Source: Selaginella moellendorffii | Taxonomy: Eukaryota > Plantae > Lycopodiophyta | Reading direction: 5' to 3' | DNA: 64,000 nucleotides | NCBI RefSeq assembly: GCF_000143415.4 | Contig: NW_003314300.1 | Location: 1,285,014 to 1,349,013, forward strand | In this document: in pieces, positions 25,421 to 37,575 of the stretch | Layout of the letters: each line of letters starts with the position of its first letter | How positions within the stretch are numbered: position 1 is the stretch's first letter | The notes under the pieces: generated by a model | What the model saw: only the letters and a program-made list of their open reading frames with translations | Databases searched by the model: none | Told to the model about the DNA's origin: nothing | Made by a program: the position numbers and the translations under genes

Positions 25421-26965
25421 TTAGCTCTCTGCGATTGCATTTGTTAGTAGCACATAGGCCGCTGCGCTTGCCGGCTCCAAATCAAGTACGAATTTTGTTG
25501 CCCGACCACTGACTTTGAGATTTTGGTGTGCTTTGGAAGCTCCCAGCAAACAGGTCCAGTCCCAAGAATCTGGGAGGAATGGCATGCTTTCGGTGAGAGC
25601 TTGGGACTCGTCGATATGGCCGCCACGACGAAGAACATCAACCATGAGGCTATAGTGTTGCTTCTTTAGCTCCACGCCAAAGTCACGCGTCATTGAGGTG
25701 GCGTAGTGCCAGCCTGGACAAACGTTTCCCACGTTGCCGCACGCTAGGAGGACGCAGGCAAACGTGACTTCATCCGGGAGCTCGGTCGTGGCCATGACGT
25801 GGAAGAGCTCAAGCGCCAGCGTGGAATGCCCGGTCTGGGCATATGCTGCTAGCATGGCGTTCCACGTCACGGTGCTTCTCTCCTCGATTCGATCAAAGAG
25901 CTGCTTGGTCTCGTCCAGCTGTCCGACGCGTGTAAATGCCGATAATAGAGCGTTCCATGAGCCTGTGGTCTTACGTGGCATTGCGTGGAAGGTGTTCTTG
26001 GCCTCGTCAAGATGCCCTTGTGAGGCATATGCCGCCAGCATTGTGTTTTGGGCGATGGCGTCTCGCTCCGGCATAAGATCAAAGTAATATCTAGCGTCGT
26101 CGATCCATCCTGCCTGGGAGGAGGAAGAAATCATCAGAGTCCAGGAGATCAAGCTTCTCTCTGGCATTTGCTCGAAGAATTCCTTTGCTCGGTCGCTCTG
26201 GGTGTAGGCGGACAGCATCGCGTTCCAAGAGGCGAAGTTCTTGAATTTCATCGATCGGAATGTTGCCTCGGCGAGCTTGATCTCGCCTCGATTCGCGTAG
26301 AGGGAGATCATGGAAGTGGAGGAGACGAGATCGTGGTCCTCCATTCGATCAAACATTGCCCTGGCGGTGTTGAGATCCCCAATTCTTGCATACAGCGATA
26401 GCATCGCGCTCCAGGAGACCTGGTTCCACTCCGACATGCTGCTGTGGAAGATCTTCTCGGCCTGAGAGAGATTCCCATTCTTGCAGTGCGCGGTGAGAAT
26501 CGCGGTCCAGGAGATGAGATCCCTCTCCTCCATCGCCCACAGCAAATTCTCGGCCATGACGAGATGCCCGACGTTCGCAAGCGCCGAGAGAATCGCGTTC
26601 CATGACACGAGATCCCACTCCGGCATTCCATCGAAAAGATTCTTTGCCCTGTCGATCGCGCCGGAGGCGGAATGGATCGCGATCATCTTCGTCCAGATAA
26701 CCAGATCCAACGCTGGGATGGAATCGAAGAGCAGCGCTGCGCTGCTATAATCCCCGCCCTGGGCGTATGCCGCGATCATCAAACCCCAAGTGTAGATATT
26801 CTTTCGCTGCGTCGTGTCAAAGATCTGGCGCGCCGTGTGAAGGCCGCCGCTCTTCCCATGGATCTGGATCAAGAGATTTCGCTCATAGGTCTCCCTTGGG
26901 GCGAGGATTTGATCCAAGCAAGGAATCTTTCTTCCCGCCCATGGCGACGAATATACCTTTACCAT
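25421..26965 (-). CDS. PLS-class pentatricopeptide repeat protein with short E domain and no DYW
   Basis: Intronless 514 aa. Array of ~31-aa repeats (WNAML.AY...G....A...F..MPERD), then HYSLMVDVL, MPFLPD..W..LLGA, AYVLL. Confidence 0.92.
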   Translation of the reverse strand: MVKVYSSPWAGRKIPCLDQILAPRETYERNLLIQIHGKSGGLHTARQIFDTTQRKNIYTWGLMIAAYAQGGDYSSAALLFDSIPALDLVIWTKMIAIHSASGAIDRAKNLFDGMPEWDLVSWNAILSALANVGHLVMAENLLWAMEERDLISWTAILTAHCKNGNLSQAEKIFHSSMSEWNQVSWSAMLSLYARIGDLNTARAMFDRMEDHDLVSSTSMISLYANRGEIKLAEATFRSMKFKNFASWNAMLSAYTQSDRAKEFFEQMPERSLISWTLMISSSSQAGWIDDARYYFDLMPERDAIAQNTMLAAYASQGHLDEAKNTFHAMPRKTTGSWNALLSAFTRVGQLDETKQLFDRIEERSTVTWNAMLAAYAQTGHSTLALELFHVMATTELPDEVTFACVLLACGNVGNVCPGWHYATSMTRDFGVELKKQHYSLMVDVLRRGGHIDESQALTESMPFLPDSWDWTCLLGASKAHQNLKVSGRATKFVLDLEPASAAAYVLLTNAIAES

Positions 26966-27417
26966 GCAGTTTACCGCGCGGTAATTCGTGTTCTAGGGCT
27001 TGACGAACGGCTTTTCCCATTGAGCTCTCTGTCGCTTGGTCGTGAAGAGAAGTGAGTACCAGGGGTTTTGCGCGATCGCGATCAAAGCTGCGATATTTCG
27101 AAGGCGCCGCATTGCCGGATTTGCTGATCCATCAGCGGCCTCGAGGAATCGAGGTATCGTATGTGACAGATCCAGGCGGGGGCCTGAAGCTCAAGCTGCG
27201 CGTCGATGGATCTCCTCTAGAAGCTACATTCTTGCCAGATCCATGATTTCCGAGGAGTGATTCTTTATTGGTAAAGAGTGTGGGAGAAGCTCCAGATTTG
27301 GTGACCGATCCGGCAGACCCAGGCGTATACTCCACTCTTGTTAGCTGGGAATCGATGATTGCGGTCTACGGGCTAGAAATTTCGGGCGTGGAAAGGCTCG
27401 AGGCTGGAATTTGATCC

Positions 27418-30400
27418 ATGAGAGAAAGGACGCCGCCAATGCCGTCGCAAGGCGAGTTTAATGGCTCGGTGTTCGTGTTCCCGGACGACTACGCTCACGC
27501 CAGTCGCAGTGACGCTACCGGAGCTGCAAAGAAGGAGTCGAGCGTGGTGTCTAGAAAAGCGGAAGAATCGGGTAAGTCTTTTGTCAATGAATTTCTACCT
27601 GGGATCGCAGACTGATGATCACTTTGCGAGGAACAGCGAATAGAAGATACTTGGCGGCTTTGTGGATGGAAGAAGTTGTCGGTCCTCTACATCTTTCGGT
27701 GGAGCCTTCCGAGGAGGAGTTTGGTCGCTGCTTGCGCAATGGAATTTCTCTGTGCAAACTAGTTAACAGTGTGCAGCCTGGATCCGTCTCACGGGTAATT
27801 TTTTCTTTTCTCTTGTCATTGTTTTAGTTCTTGTTTGTTGATGCCGAATCAGTGCTCAGGTTGTCGAGAGCTGTTCTTCCAGTCCGGCGGATGGAGCCCT
27901 TTCTGCTTATCAGTATTTTGAGAACGTCCGGAATTTTCTTGTCGCAATGGAGGACCTCAGTATACCGACGTTTGATGCCTCTGACTTAGAGGAGGTAATA
28001 AGAACATAAGTTCGTTTGTTTCATGCTGTCTGGTGTATCCGCAGGCTAGTTTTGGAGGAGGCTCCGTTGCTAGAGTTGTTGACTGCATCTTGGGTTTAAA
28101 ATTGTATCACGAGTGGAAGGGAAGAGGAGGCCAGGGTCAGTGGAAGCACAGCTCGAAACAGAAGAGCCTGCTCACATTATCGTTGGAGGAAGGGGAGAAA
28201 TGCTCCTCGCTCACAAAGTCGAGGTCTTTTAGTGGGAAGAGTGGTCGTAAACGCTGCGTACTTCCGGAACTTGACTTTCTTGGCGAAACGCAGCTACTCT
28301 TTCCTGATGAGCCTCCCGAATTTCAAGCATCGCGTCAAAATTACGGAGGACAACCAGCTTACGCAGAAAATCTAAATGCGCCATCAGGTGCTTGTTTTTC
28401 TTTTAGCCTGTCAGTTTTCTAACTTGTGTACTGCAGATATTTCAAAGCAGACGGCCTCCGGATTGGAAAACCGAGATTGGCAATCAAGCATTTTTGAGTC
28501 GTTTGATGGTATCGAGGTATTAAGAGAGTTTTAGTGGCTTATGTTTTATCGTACAGTAAAGTATATGAAGCCTCTGTGACAGAATCAATCACCAGCACTG
28601 TTGTCCAACACGATCAGATCTCTTTTGAGTCAGAAACAACCGGATGAGATTCCTATGGTAAGTCTTATGATCGTTCCTCTTGATTAATCGGTGAATTTAC
28701 AGGTTGTAGAGTTCATGCTGCAGAAGATAATGGAGGACTATAGACGTCGTTTTTATGCTCAAAATCTCCAATTGAAGAAGGTTCTTTTTGATTCATCAAT
28801 TATGTTTTTTTGAAAACACCACTCTGCCAGTTGAAAAATGCGCTGAAAGAAGCTTCAGGCCGAGGAAGTAAGTTTACCATGGACATAGAGCATGGGCCTC
28901 AAAATGATGACAAGGTGATGAACAGGTTCAATTAAGGTTATGTTTTTTTTTAATTATCTGACTCTGTACAATAGATCATGTATGACCAGTTTAAGCTCAT
29001 CAAGGTACCTTCTTTGTTACCAATTCACGACTTTTTGTAAAGCTTCATAACAGGATTTGAAAAATGCATGGCACAAAACGAAGCAAGACGTTTTGGCAAT
29101 GCGGAGAGATTGGAATCTGGAAGTAGCACACCTGGGTAGCTGAACTCCAATATAGAGCTCGCTTGTTAACGCTCGTTTTGTGCAGAATCACACATCAAGG
29201 GACTAGCTGCTGCAGCATCAGGATACCAAAAAGTGCTTCTAGAAAACCGCAAACTTTATAATGAAGTGCAAGATCTTAAAGGTAAGTCGCGAGTGGTTCT
29301 TACTTTAGCTGATGTATTGATTTGTCAGGAAGCATACGAGTTTACTGTCGTGTGAGACCCTTACTAAGCGGTGATCTATCACGAAGAACTACAGTGGAGT
29401 TCATAGGTGAAAACGGCGATGTAATGATATCAAATCCAAAAAGGCAGGGCAAGGATGCTTGTCGGACTTTCAAGTTTAACAAGGTTTTCAGTACTTCTGC
29501 TTCTCAAGGTAGTAAAGCTTCCGTTAAAGTCTTGATGTATAAACTTGATATGTTTGCAGAACAAGTATTCCTGGATACTCAGCCATTGATACGGTCAGTT
29601 CTTGATGGTTACAACGTGTGTATTTTTGCGTATGGTCAAACAGGCTCGGGAAAAACGTACACCATGGTATTTATGACATAATTATACAACAACATTATTT
29701 GCAACTATTTGCTGTACAGAGTGGTCCTTCAAACGCAACAGAAGATCTCTGGGGCGTCAACTATCGAGCTTTAAACGATCTCTTCTATATATCTCAGAGC
29801 AGAAGAAATGTATGTAAATATGATATCGGCGTACAGATGGTTGAAATCTACAACGAACAAATCCGGGACCTCCTTGCTTCAGACGGGCCTACGAAAAAAT
29901 ATCCTTTTTTTTAATGTTCCTGTTTGCTCTGGTTCTCTCCTTTACTACCACACGTTAGAGATTCGAAACAGTTGTCACCAAAACGGTCTCAACGTGCCCA
30001 ATGCGAGTATGCTGGCTGTAACTTCTACTGTCGACGTTTTGGAACTTATGAAATCTGGGGAGAAAAATCGTGCTATTGGTGCTACAGCTCTAAATGAACG
30101 TAGTAGTCGTTCCCACAGGTAAGTTCAAAAAGAGTTGTTCCACACAGTATTGACATGTTTTGTGGTTTTAGTGTTTTGACTATCCATGTTCAGGGTAAAG
30201 ATCTAGTGACTGGCACTATACTCCGTGGATGTCTGCACCTAATTGATCTTGCGGGAAGCGAGCGGGTTAACAAGTCCGAAGCAACTGGGGACAGATTAAA
30301 AGAAGCGCAGCACATCAACAAATCCCTGTCAGCGCTTGGAGATGTCATCTCGGCGTTGAGCCAGAAAAACGGTCATGTTCCTTATCGAAACAGCAAATTG

Positions 30401-32095
30401 ACTCAGTTGTTGCAAGACTCTTTAGGTGAGGTGCTACGAATACAACTGGATGTGCTTCTTACGTATTGCACGTTCTGCAGGCGGCCAAGCCAAAACGCTT
30501 ATGTTTGTGCATATAAACCCAGACGCGGACTCCTTTGGCGAGACAATGAGCACCTTAAAGTTTGCAGAAAGAGTGGCGTCGATCGAACTTGGAGCTGCTC
30601 GCTCTAACAAAGAGACCGGTGAATTACAAGATCTAAAAGAGCAAGTCAGTTCAAAAAAGAGAAACTTCTCTGCTCTAACGACTGTGCTGGTTTGCAGATC
30701 ATGATTTTGAAGGACTCCTTGTCCAAGAAAGATGCTGACCTTGACAAACTGCTTCTTTTGCGCAATGTAAAGGAATCAACGTTGGCTCTGGAAAAGCAGA
30801 GGCACGAGCCTAAGATTAGGAAGCAATTTACGGATACGTTCAAAGCTAGAGAGGTATGCCTCTAGCTTTATTGCAATGATTTTTCATTTACGTTACTTTT
30901 ATACAGAACTCTCCAGTTCGCGATCGTGCGAGACGCTTATCACCGCCTGGGAACACCTTTGGTTTTGAACTCGACAGAGTATCGTCTCCTTCTAAAGGTG
31001 ACATGGCCACTGAACAGCAGAAACGAAAGGGTATAAAACCGAAACTGCTGACGTCTCCAAAGCCTCCTTACGAGGATTTTGCGCCGAAGTCACCATACCG
31101 AGAAAGATATCACAAGTCCAGGAACTCTCAAAGTAAAACGAGGGGCTCCAGTGTGTTCTTGGTCGAATCACCTCCGTGTTTGGAGGAGAGGCGAAAGTCT
31201 CCGGATGTGGATGGATTCATAAATACGGAGGCAGAGCTCTCACGGGACTCCCCGGTTCTGTGCTCTCTGGCGTTCGACCCGGCTGTGGAAGAGCCGAGCA
31301 TATCTTACAGCACCGCAAACAATGAGCAGTATTCGTGTAACGATCCGAGCTTACCAGCCGTTACTGTTGTTGATCATCAGTCGGCAACGAGTAGTTCAGA
31401 CTTGAAGGACACATGCTCAGACGTGGTTGTGACGGACATGCCACCCAGTGATTGTGAGGCTGACAAGATCCAAAGAAGCGAGACAGTAGAAGAAAGAGTG
31501 GAGACCATATCTGAGACGGTATATGAGACTCAAACACCACAGTTGCAGAGAGTTGACGAGCAGCCGAGAGAAGAAAAACGGTCACAGAATCGGTAAGTAG
31601 CTATTCTTTTGCAATGCACAATGCAGTATTTAATCTAAGCTCTCCAGGTCTCGGACTGGTTCTACAAGGAGTCGAAAAGGTCAGTCAGTCTCTTGCGTGC
31701 GACGTCGATCCACCATAGTTACCTCGAGAACAGAGCCCCCAATCATCCGGAGGAGCTCAAGCTCAATTCCATGTAAGTTTTCCTTTTACGACCGTCTACT
31801 GTTTACGCATTAGCGTAGGCTCAAGCTGATTGTTGTTCCAGTGTCAGCAAGGCATACAACACTTGAATGTCATGGCCATGGAAAGCAAGCATTTTCCCGG
31901 CAGCTGCTTTCTATTGAAACTGGAATTTCTCCCAAAGCTTCCAAAAGGTGCACGTTCGTTTTGATTGATTCCGTCCATGCATCAGAAGCTTATAAGCAGT
32001 GTACTTTTTTGAACCATGGGTCCTAATCGCTTACGTATCAATGCAGATACCCTTGGATGGTGAAGCAAATCAAGCTTAGTGCGATGATTGCGTGA
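27418..32095 (+). CDS. Kinesin-14 with N-terminal calponin-homology domain (KCH type), many exons
   Basis: CH domain ([22 protein letters not shown]), neck [24 protein letters not shown]-loop [34 protein letters not shown]. The last exons and stop at 32095 are inferred from splice sites. Confidence 0.92.
29899..29953 (+). other. U12-type AT-AC intron in the kinesin-14 gene
   Basis: 5' site ATATCCTTT, branch point TCCTTTAC (29938-29945), 3' end CAC. Removal gives in-frame ...GPTKK/LEIRN... Confidence 0.88.
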
Positions 32096-33920
32096 TCGAA
32101 GAGAAAGAGCGAGGCCTCTTGAGCAGCGTGATGGTTCTCACTTTTTAAGGTGTCATTTAAGTTCTTTTGCCATTCGTTTTAGTATATGACAGTTTTGCAC
32201 GGCGTCTGCAGGCGGAGGCCATTTTTCCAGGCAGCTAGGAAGGCATTAATTTTCACGACAAATGTAACATATCTGTACACTGAAAATTCGGAGATGTTAA
32301 ATGTGAATCTTCACGATTTTGAGTCGGTATGTATGATACATAAGTTTGCTTGGTTGTGTGAGGCTTTGGTAACAACGGCAGAGCCCAAGTCCACTGGCTA
32401 CACTTATTTGTAAACCAGTGGGCACCCCACTTCTAAGCTCTCACCTTTCCATGCTTCCAGTGAGTGGGCAATCAGATGACTAACTAATTTCAAAAGGTTT
32501 TCAATGAGTTAAGCAAACTAAAATTCATACATAATGTAGTTTGTAAGCATTTAATTAAAGAGATAATTAGTTATAAAAGAAACTTCATATTAAACTGTAA
32601 TACAGATATATAATTAGTTTTAGCGAGATTTAAAATAGATTAGTTTTTTTTGTTTTTCTTAATGTGATCTAAAAAGTTAATTACAATTTTAAAATATAGT
32701 TTTCAAAATATTTTATCTATTTTGAAATATTTAAGAGACCCCTTCTAAATTTGATTAACTTGGTTTCGAGTGTGCTCAATTTTTTAAAGTAGCTAATATC
32801 ATATAAATAATACTACTTATCTTTTCAAACATATTACTTTAAGATAAGTTTTATTTCAAAACTAAATTAGCCATAAAATAAACTTTTTATGAATAAATGA
32901 TCATATCAGCTTTTAGTAGTACATAATAAGTATATAGAATTGTCACTAGCTATTAAATATATATTGGTATATAAATTTATTTTAAAAAAATTATTGTGCT
33001 AATAGGTATCACTTTGTCTTGGTTGATATAATATATCCCAAAGTGAGCAATTATAATATACATAGTTATTCTAATTTAGTTAAATCAATATAAGTTATTG
33101 GATAGAATATTTCTTACAATAGAAGCTTTACATATGAACTTTCATATTATTTAGTTTAGCATGCTAATAAGTTTACAAAAGTTTGTAAAAAAAACTCATC
33201 TTGACATCTTTATATTATGTGATAAATTCTATAAATATCACACTAAGTTTAGAAGCTTTATAAAAAAAATTTTGAAATAATAAGTTGAATTGCCATGATA
33301 AATTAATTAGGTCTTTGTAAGAACTTTGTATCATTTTCTCTTTAATTCTCCCATCCTTATCTATCCAGTAATATCAAAGTATCACAATAACATTATTAGC
33401 ACCAATATCAAAGTTATTCACTTTTAAAAAAGTAATTTCCTCCATAAATTAATTTTTTTGGAAGGAATTTCGTACATACAATTTAATTTTTTTATTTTTA
33501 TGTTTTTTTTATTTGCCAATACAACCTTCTAAGCACTTGGATTCATCAATTTTAATTAATCATATACAATCCACTGTATCTGTAAAGATCACAATTACTC
33601 ATTTAAAATTAATTTGTCATGACCAAAGAAATAAATAAAGTATGTTAAATAAGCAATTTCACCTATCACTTAATGCATTCACTAGTTGGCCACAGCCTAA
33701 TTATGGATTAAATAAATTAAACACTACACTTATAACACCCAAAATTAAATCAATATTAATAATGTTTAAATTAAAATCTAAATTTTGTCTCTTTTAATAT
33801 TGGGTTATGGAAATATCGTTTGGACAAGAAAAGCTCAATGATAGGAACTAAACTAAAACTTCATAAGTAATTAATTTTATTAGCTAATTTAATTTATTAT
33901 ATGTACAGCTATGGAACCCT

Positions 33921-35800
33921 ATGGATACAAAATGTTCAGTGATTTCCAGAGATATGATTATAGCTGAAGATGTTGATTGGACTCTATTGAGTGGCTCAAA
34001 ATTATTTATAGCTTATTTAGAATTCAAGGATATACCAAAGTTCAAGCAAAACAAATGTTTGGACATCAAATTAAAAACAAAACATCCACTAGGAGATATA
34101 ATAAGATTAATAGAATCAAGCTATCACACAATGATAGGGTATGATGTTACTTATTATACTTAAATCTCATTCTAATAAATAATTGTTATAAGTATTTATA
34201 TGAATATGACAAAGAAGATCACTGCCACACTTTTAAATTAGTTATACCTCTGAAATCTAAAACTTGGAAACAGTAAGAATCTAATAAATTGTTAAATAGT
34301 TTTACATATGGCTAGATTATACATAAATTATAGAGAACACTGTGATTTAGTAGGGATTCTATATCATGGTCAACTTGATCTTATTAGAGATGGATAATCT
34401 CTTTTACCATAAAAGCTCTCAATGGAGGTCTTTTATATGATCCAATAGGATCATACACCAAATTAAATTTATAATGATCACATAACTATGGTGGCTAAAA
34501 ATAAATTTATTAGTGATAGCATATATTGTGATGATTTCATGAGCTTCCAAGACATCAATAACTTATCAAAGAAGTATGCAACTTCATATAGCTATTGGTG
34601 TCATCCAAATGATGCTTAAAGCGTTTATATCTAGAAAATCTGCCAATCTAGAAAAAGTGTCTTTCTACCAAGAAAGGGATGGCATTTACATTTTGGAATT
34701 TAATCAACTTAGCAGTGTCAGAAAATGATTGAATATGGTTGTAATAGTTTATTTAGTTTGGGTGTTACTTTTGGAACCAACTGTTATAAGGTATAGTTGC
34801 AATGGTTAATAATATTTATAATTAATTAACCTGATATAGTTTACATTATATACCATCATTGTTTTCAATAACCACAATAGCAGTATCTCTATTGCTTGGA
34901 CGAACTTCAAGTGAGAAAGGACATTACATAATACAATGGATGCATGTATTGAAAGATCAAATTTTGGAACAAAATAATATTAGAAGCCAAATGTAGTAAT
35001 TGTTGATGATGCTGAAGATGAGAGAAATGCTATAAGTATGAATTATTATTATATAATTAATTATAATTTGAAGGCCACATTCAGATGTGAGATCATATTA
35101 TGTATATATGGCATAGTAAAAGAAACAGGTTGAAGCTTCTAATTTGGAAAGTCAAATCTTTTGAGACTCATATAAGAATGTGGACCAACTTGAGAAGTAA
35201 TATTCTATACTGTTTGTGGCACTTATTTTGATGTTGGAAAACTACAAGTGGAAGCTATAGAGCTGATTGAAAAGTTTGAAGTTTATGTCAAATATGAAAA
35301 AGCTTTTCTAAAATATTTTTGTATTGAATGAAAATACAAAGTTATATCATAATACTCTTGATTTTGAATAATTATTATCAGTGTGGGTTGTACTTGCACA
35401 AAACTTTCAACATGCAAATAGCTCAATTAAGGCTTTTCATGCTAATATAAAATATATCCTCTTAACTGAGAAATATAGTAGAAATAGAAGAATGGATTGG
35501 GTGAACTAGCTTACAATTGAAGTTTACTCTAAACATTGGTTTATACATTAGTGCAAGATTTATGGTTTTATTCAAAGCCTTAAACAATAAAAACTGATTG
35601 ACAATGCTATCATAAATGCTCTTTAGATTAGCAACTCTCCAAGTTAATTTTAATGTGAATAAACTTAACTTAACAAGCGTCTCTAACAAGAACAAGAAAG
35701 TTGTTATATTCAACCATCACATTTGAATGAAGCATGATATATCCTTACCACAACAAGATATGGAAATACTAAATCTGAAAGAGGTATTATAAAAATCTAA
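33921..35800 (+). mobile_element. Decayed Mutator-like (MULE/SWIM-type) transposase
   Basis: AEDVDWT..AYLEFKDIPKF, VTFGTN (~34765), VFNNHNSSISIAW, KPNVVIVDDAEDERNAI (~34985), C.WH, SIKAFHANIK, RRMDW. Resembles the At4g13970/At1g60560-type MULE domain. Many stops; no TIRs found. Confidence 0.65.
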
Positions 35801-37110
35801 AATAATTATTTAGAATTGAATATCTTTGTTTTGACAGAATGAAGAATTTCTAACACATGAACAATATACATGTGCTAGTGTTGAAGATACATTACATGTA
35901 TCAGAATCAAGAGTACAAGATGTTAGAGTATAGAAGATGGAATTTACTTAAGTTACCTAAGAGAAACTTTAATTGTTGATGATAAACATGCTTAATAAAA
36001 TTCCAAATAATGAAGTATTTATAGTTATGCAATGATTTAAAGATTTTGGATAAAAATATTGATACTTTTTAACCTAAACCAGAAGATTTTATTTATCTAG
36101 TGAAAAAATTCAAATAATGAGAAGATGGATATAGTACATCCTTAAAGCAAGTTAGACCCTTGGTCAAGAAGATTTATGGGAAAGAAAAAGCTAAAGTATC
36201 AATAAATGATACAACTCCCTTTAGTCAACCTAAGAAACTGAGGCATAAAAGTTATTTTCAAGGAGAATCTTATTTAATAATATAATATATAATTTTTTTA
36301 GGCTAAATAAAGTTTTATATACTGTTTTATAATGGTAAGAAAAATTTTACACCACTATAAGCTGCAAGTGACTGCCAGGATAAACCAAAATGCTTCACTT
36401 AGTATCTTACACTTAGAAAATTTTTGCTCATCAAAAGTGGCTAATACTTAGGCCAGTGGGCATGGTTCATGTAGAAGTTCCCATATACAGGCTTGCCCCT
36501 CAACCTATACTATCTTCTTCTCCCCCACCACATTTTGATATATCCTTGGCCACATGAGTTTTAATGTGGCAAAGACAATAAGATTCAACAGGAAACCCAG
36601 AATCCCAACCATGAATAGAATCTTAGACAATATATAATGCTCTTCACAACTACTATATTCAATCTACAGCCAAAGCCACCCAAAGTAGCACCATTGTTGA
36701 TAGTTAATTGAGGCCAGCAGCCATTGCCATAACTTCAGCCACTATCCAAGTTAGATCTAAAAAGTTGAATATACAATTAAATCTATACTATTGATAAAGT
36801 GCAAAGGAATTGATTGATAGTGTATCATGGCTTGATCTACAATGAAGTGGGGTTTTTGGCAATCAATCCATTGCAACTTGAGCATAATATATTTCACAAA
36901 AATATTGGTGGCAACTGAACCATCAACTCTATTTCTATCACTTCTGAGATTATATGTTTTGTTTTTTATATGAAAGTCATAGTTTATTCTTAACTTGGAA
37001 GGTATATATTATTTTTATAAAAAGAAATTCAAAGTCATAAAGTGCTGAAGTCAAAGTCTACTAGTTACTTTATATGACAATATAAATATCCCTATTTACT
37101 TCAATATAAT

Positions 37111-37575
37111 ATGGCTAAATATAGATTTAAATATTTCGTTTTTCTATTTATTTATTTAAATAGATATGTATTTTCAACTCAGGTATGTTGAAATTTCCAT
37201 AGGATATAATTAAATAATATTTTTTTATAGTGTAATTATGGAATAAATATAAAAACTGGTTGCAATCATAACGCAGGAACATATGCAAATATTGATATAA
37301 CACTTAGTTTTTCTTTTGGAACAATTTTAAATTTTCATGATATTGATGATAAAGATGATAATTTTGAAAAATGCCATACTGATTCATTCAATTATCTTAA
37401 AAAATGTCCGCTTCCCAAAGAAAGATTGTGTAAAATACATATACAACGAGATAATAATGGATTATACCCTAATTGGTTTATTGAAAGACTTTTAATTTTT
37501 AAAGACAACCATTTAATTGCAGAACTAAATATTGAAGCATGGATTAATACCGAGAACGAAGTACTACTATGTTAA
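37111..37575 (+). CDS. Secreted single-domain PLAT/LH2 protein (ATS3/PLAT-like), 2 exons, 138 aa
   Basis: Exon 1 37111-37182 (MAKYRFKYFVFLFIYLNRYVFSTQ), phase-0 GT-AG intron 37183-37230, exon 2 37231-37575: CNYGINIKTGCNHNAGTYANIDITL...DNFEKCHTDSF...CP...LCKIHIQRDNNGLYPNWFIERL...AWI...LLC*. TATAAATA at 37081. Confidence 0.85.
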
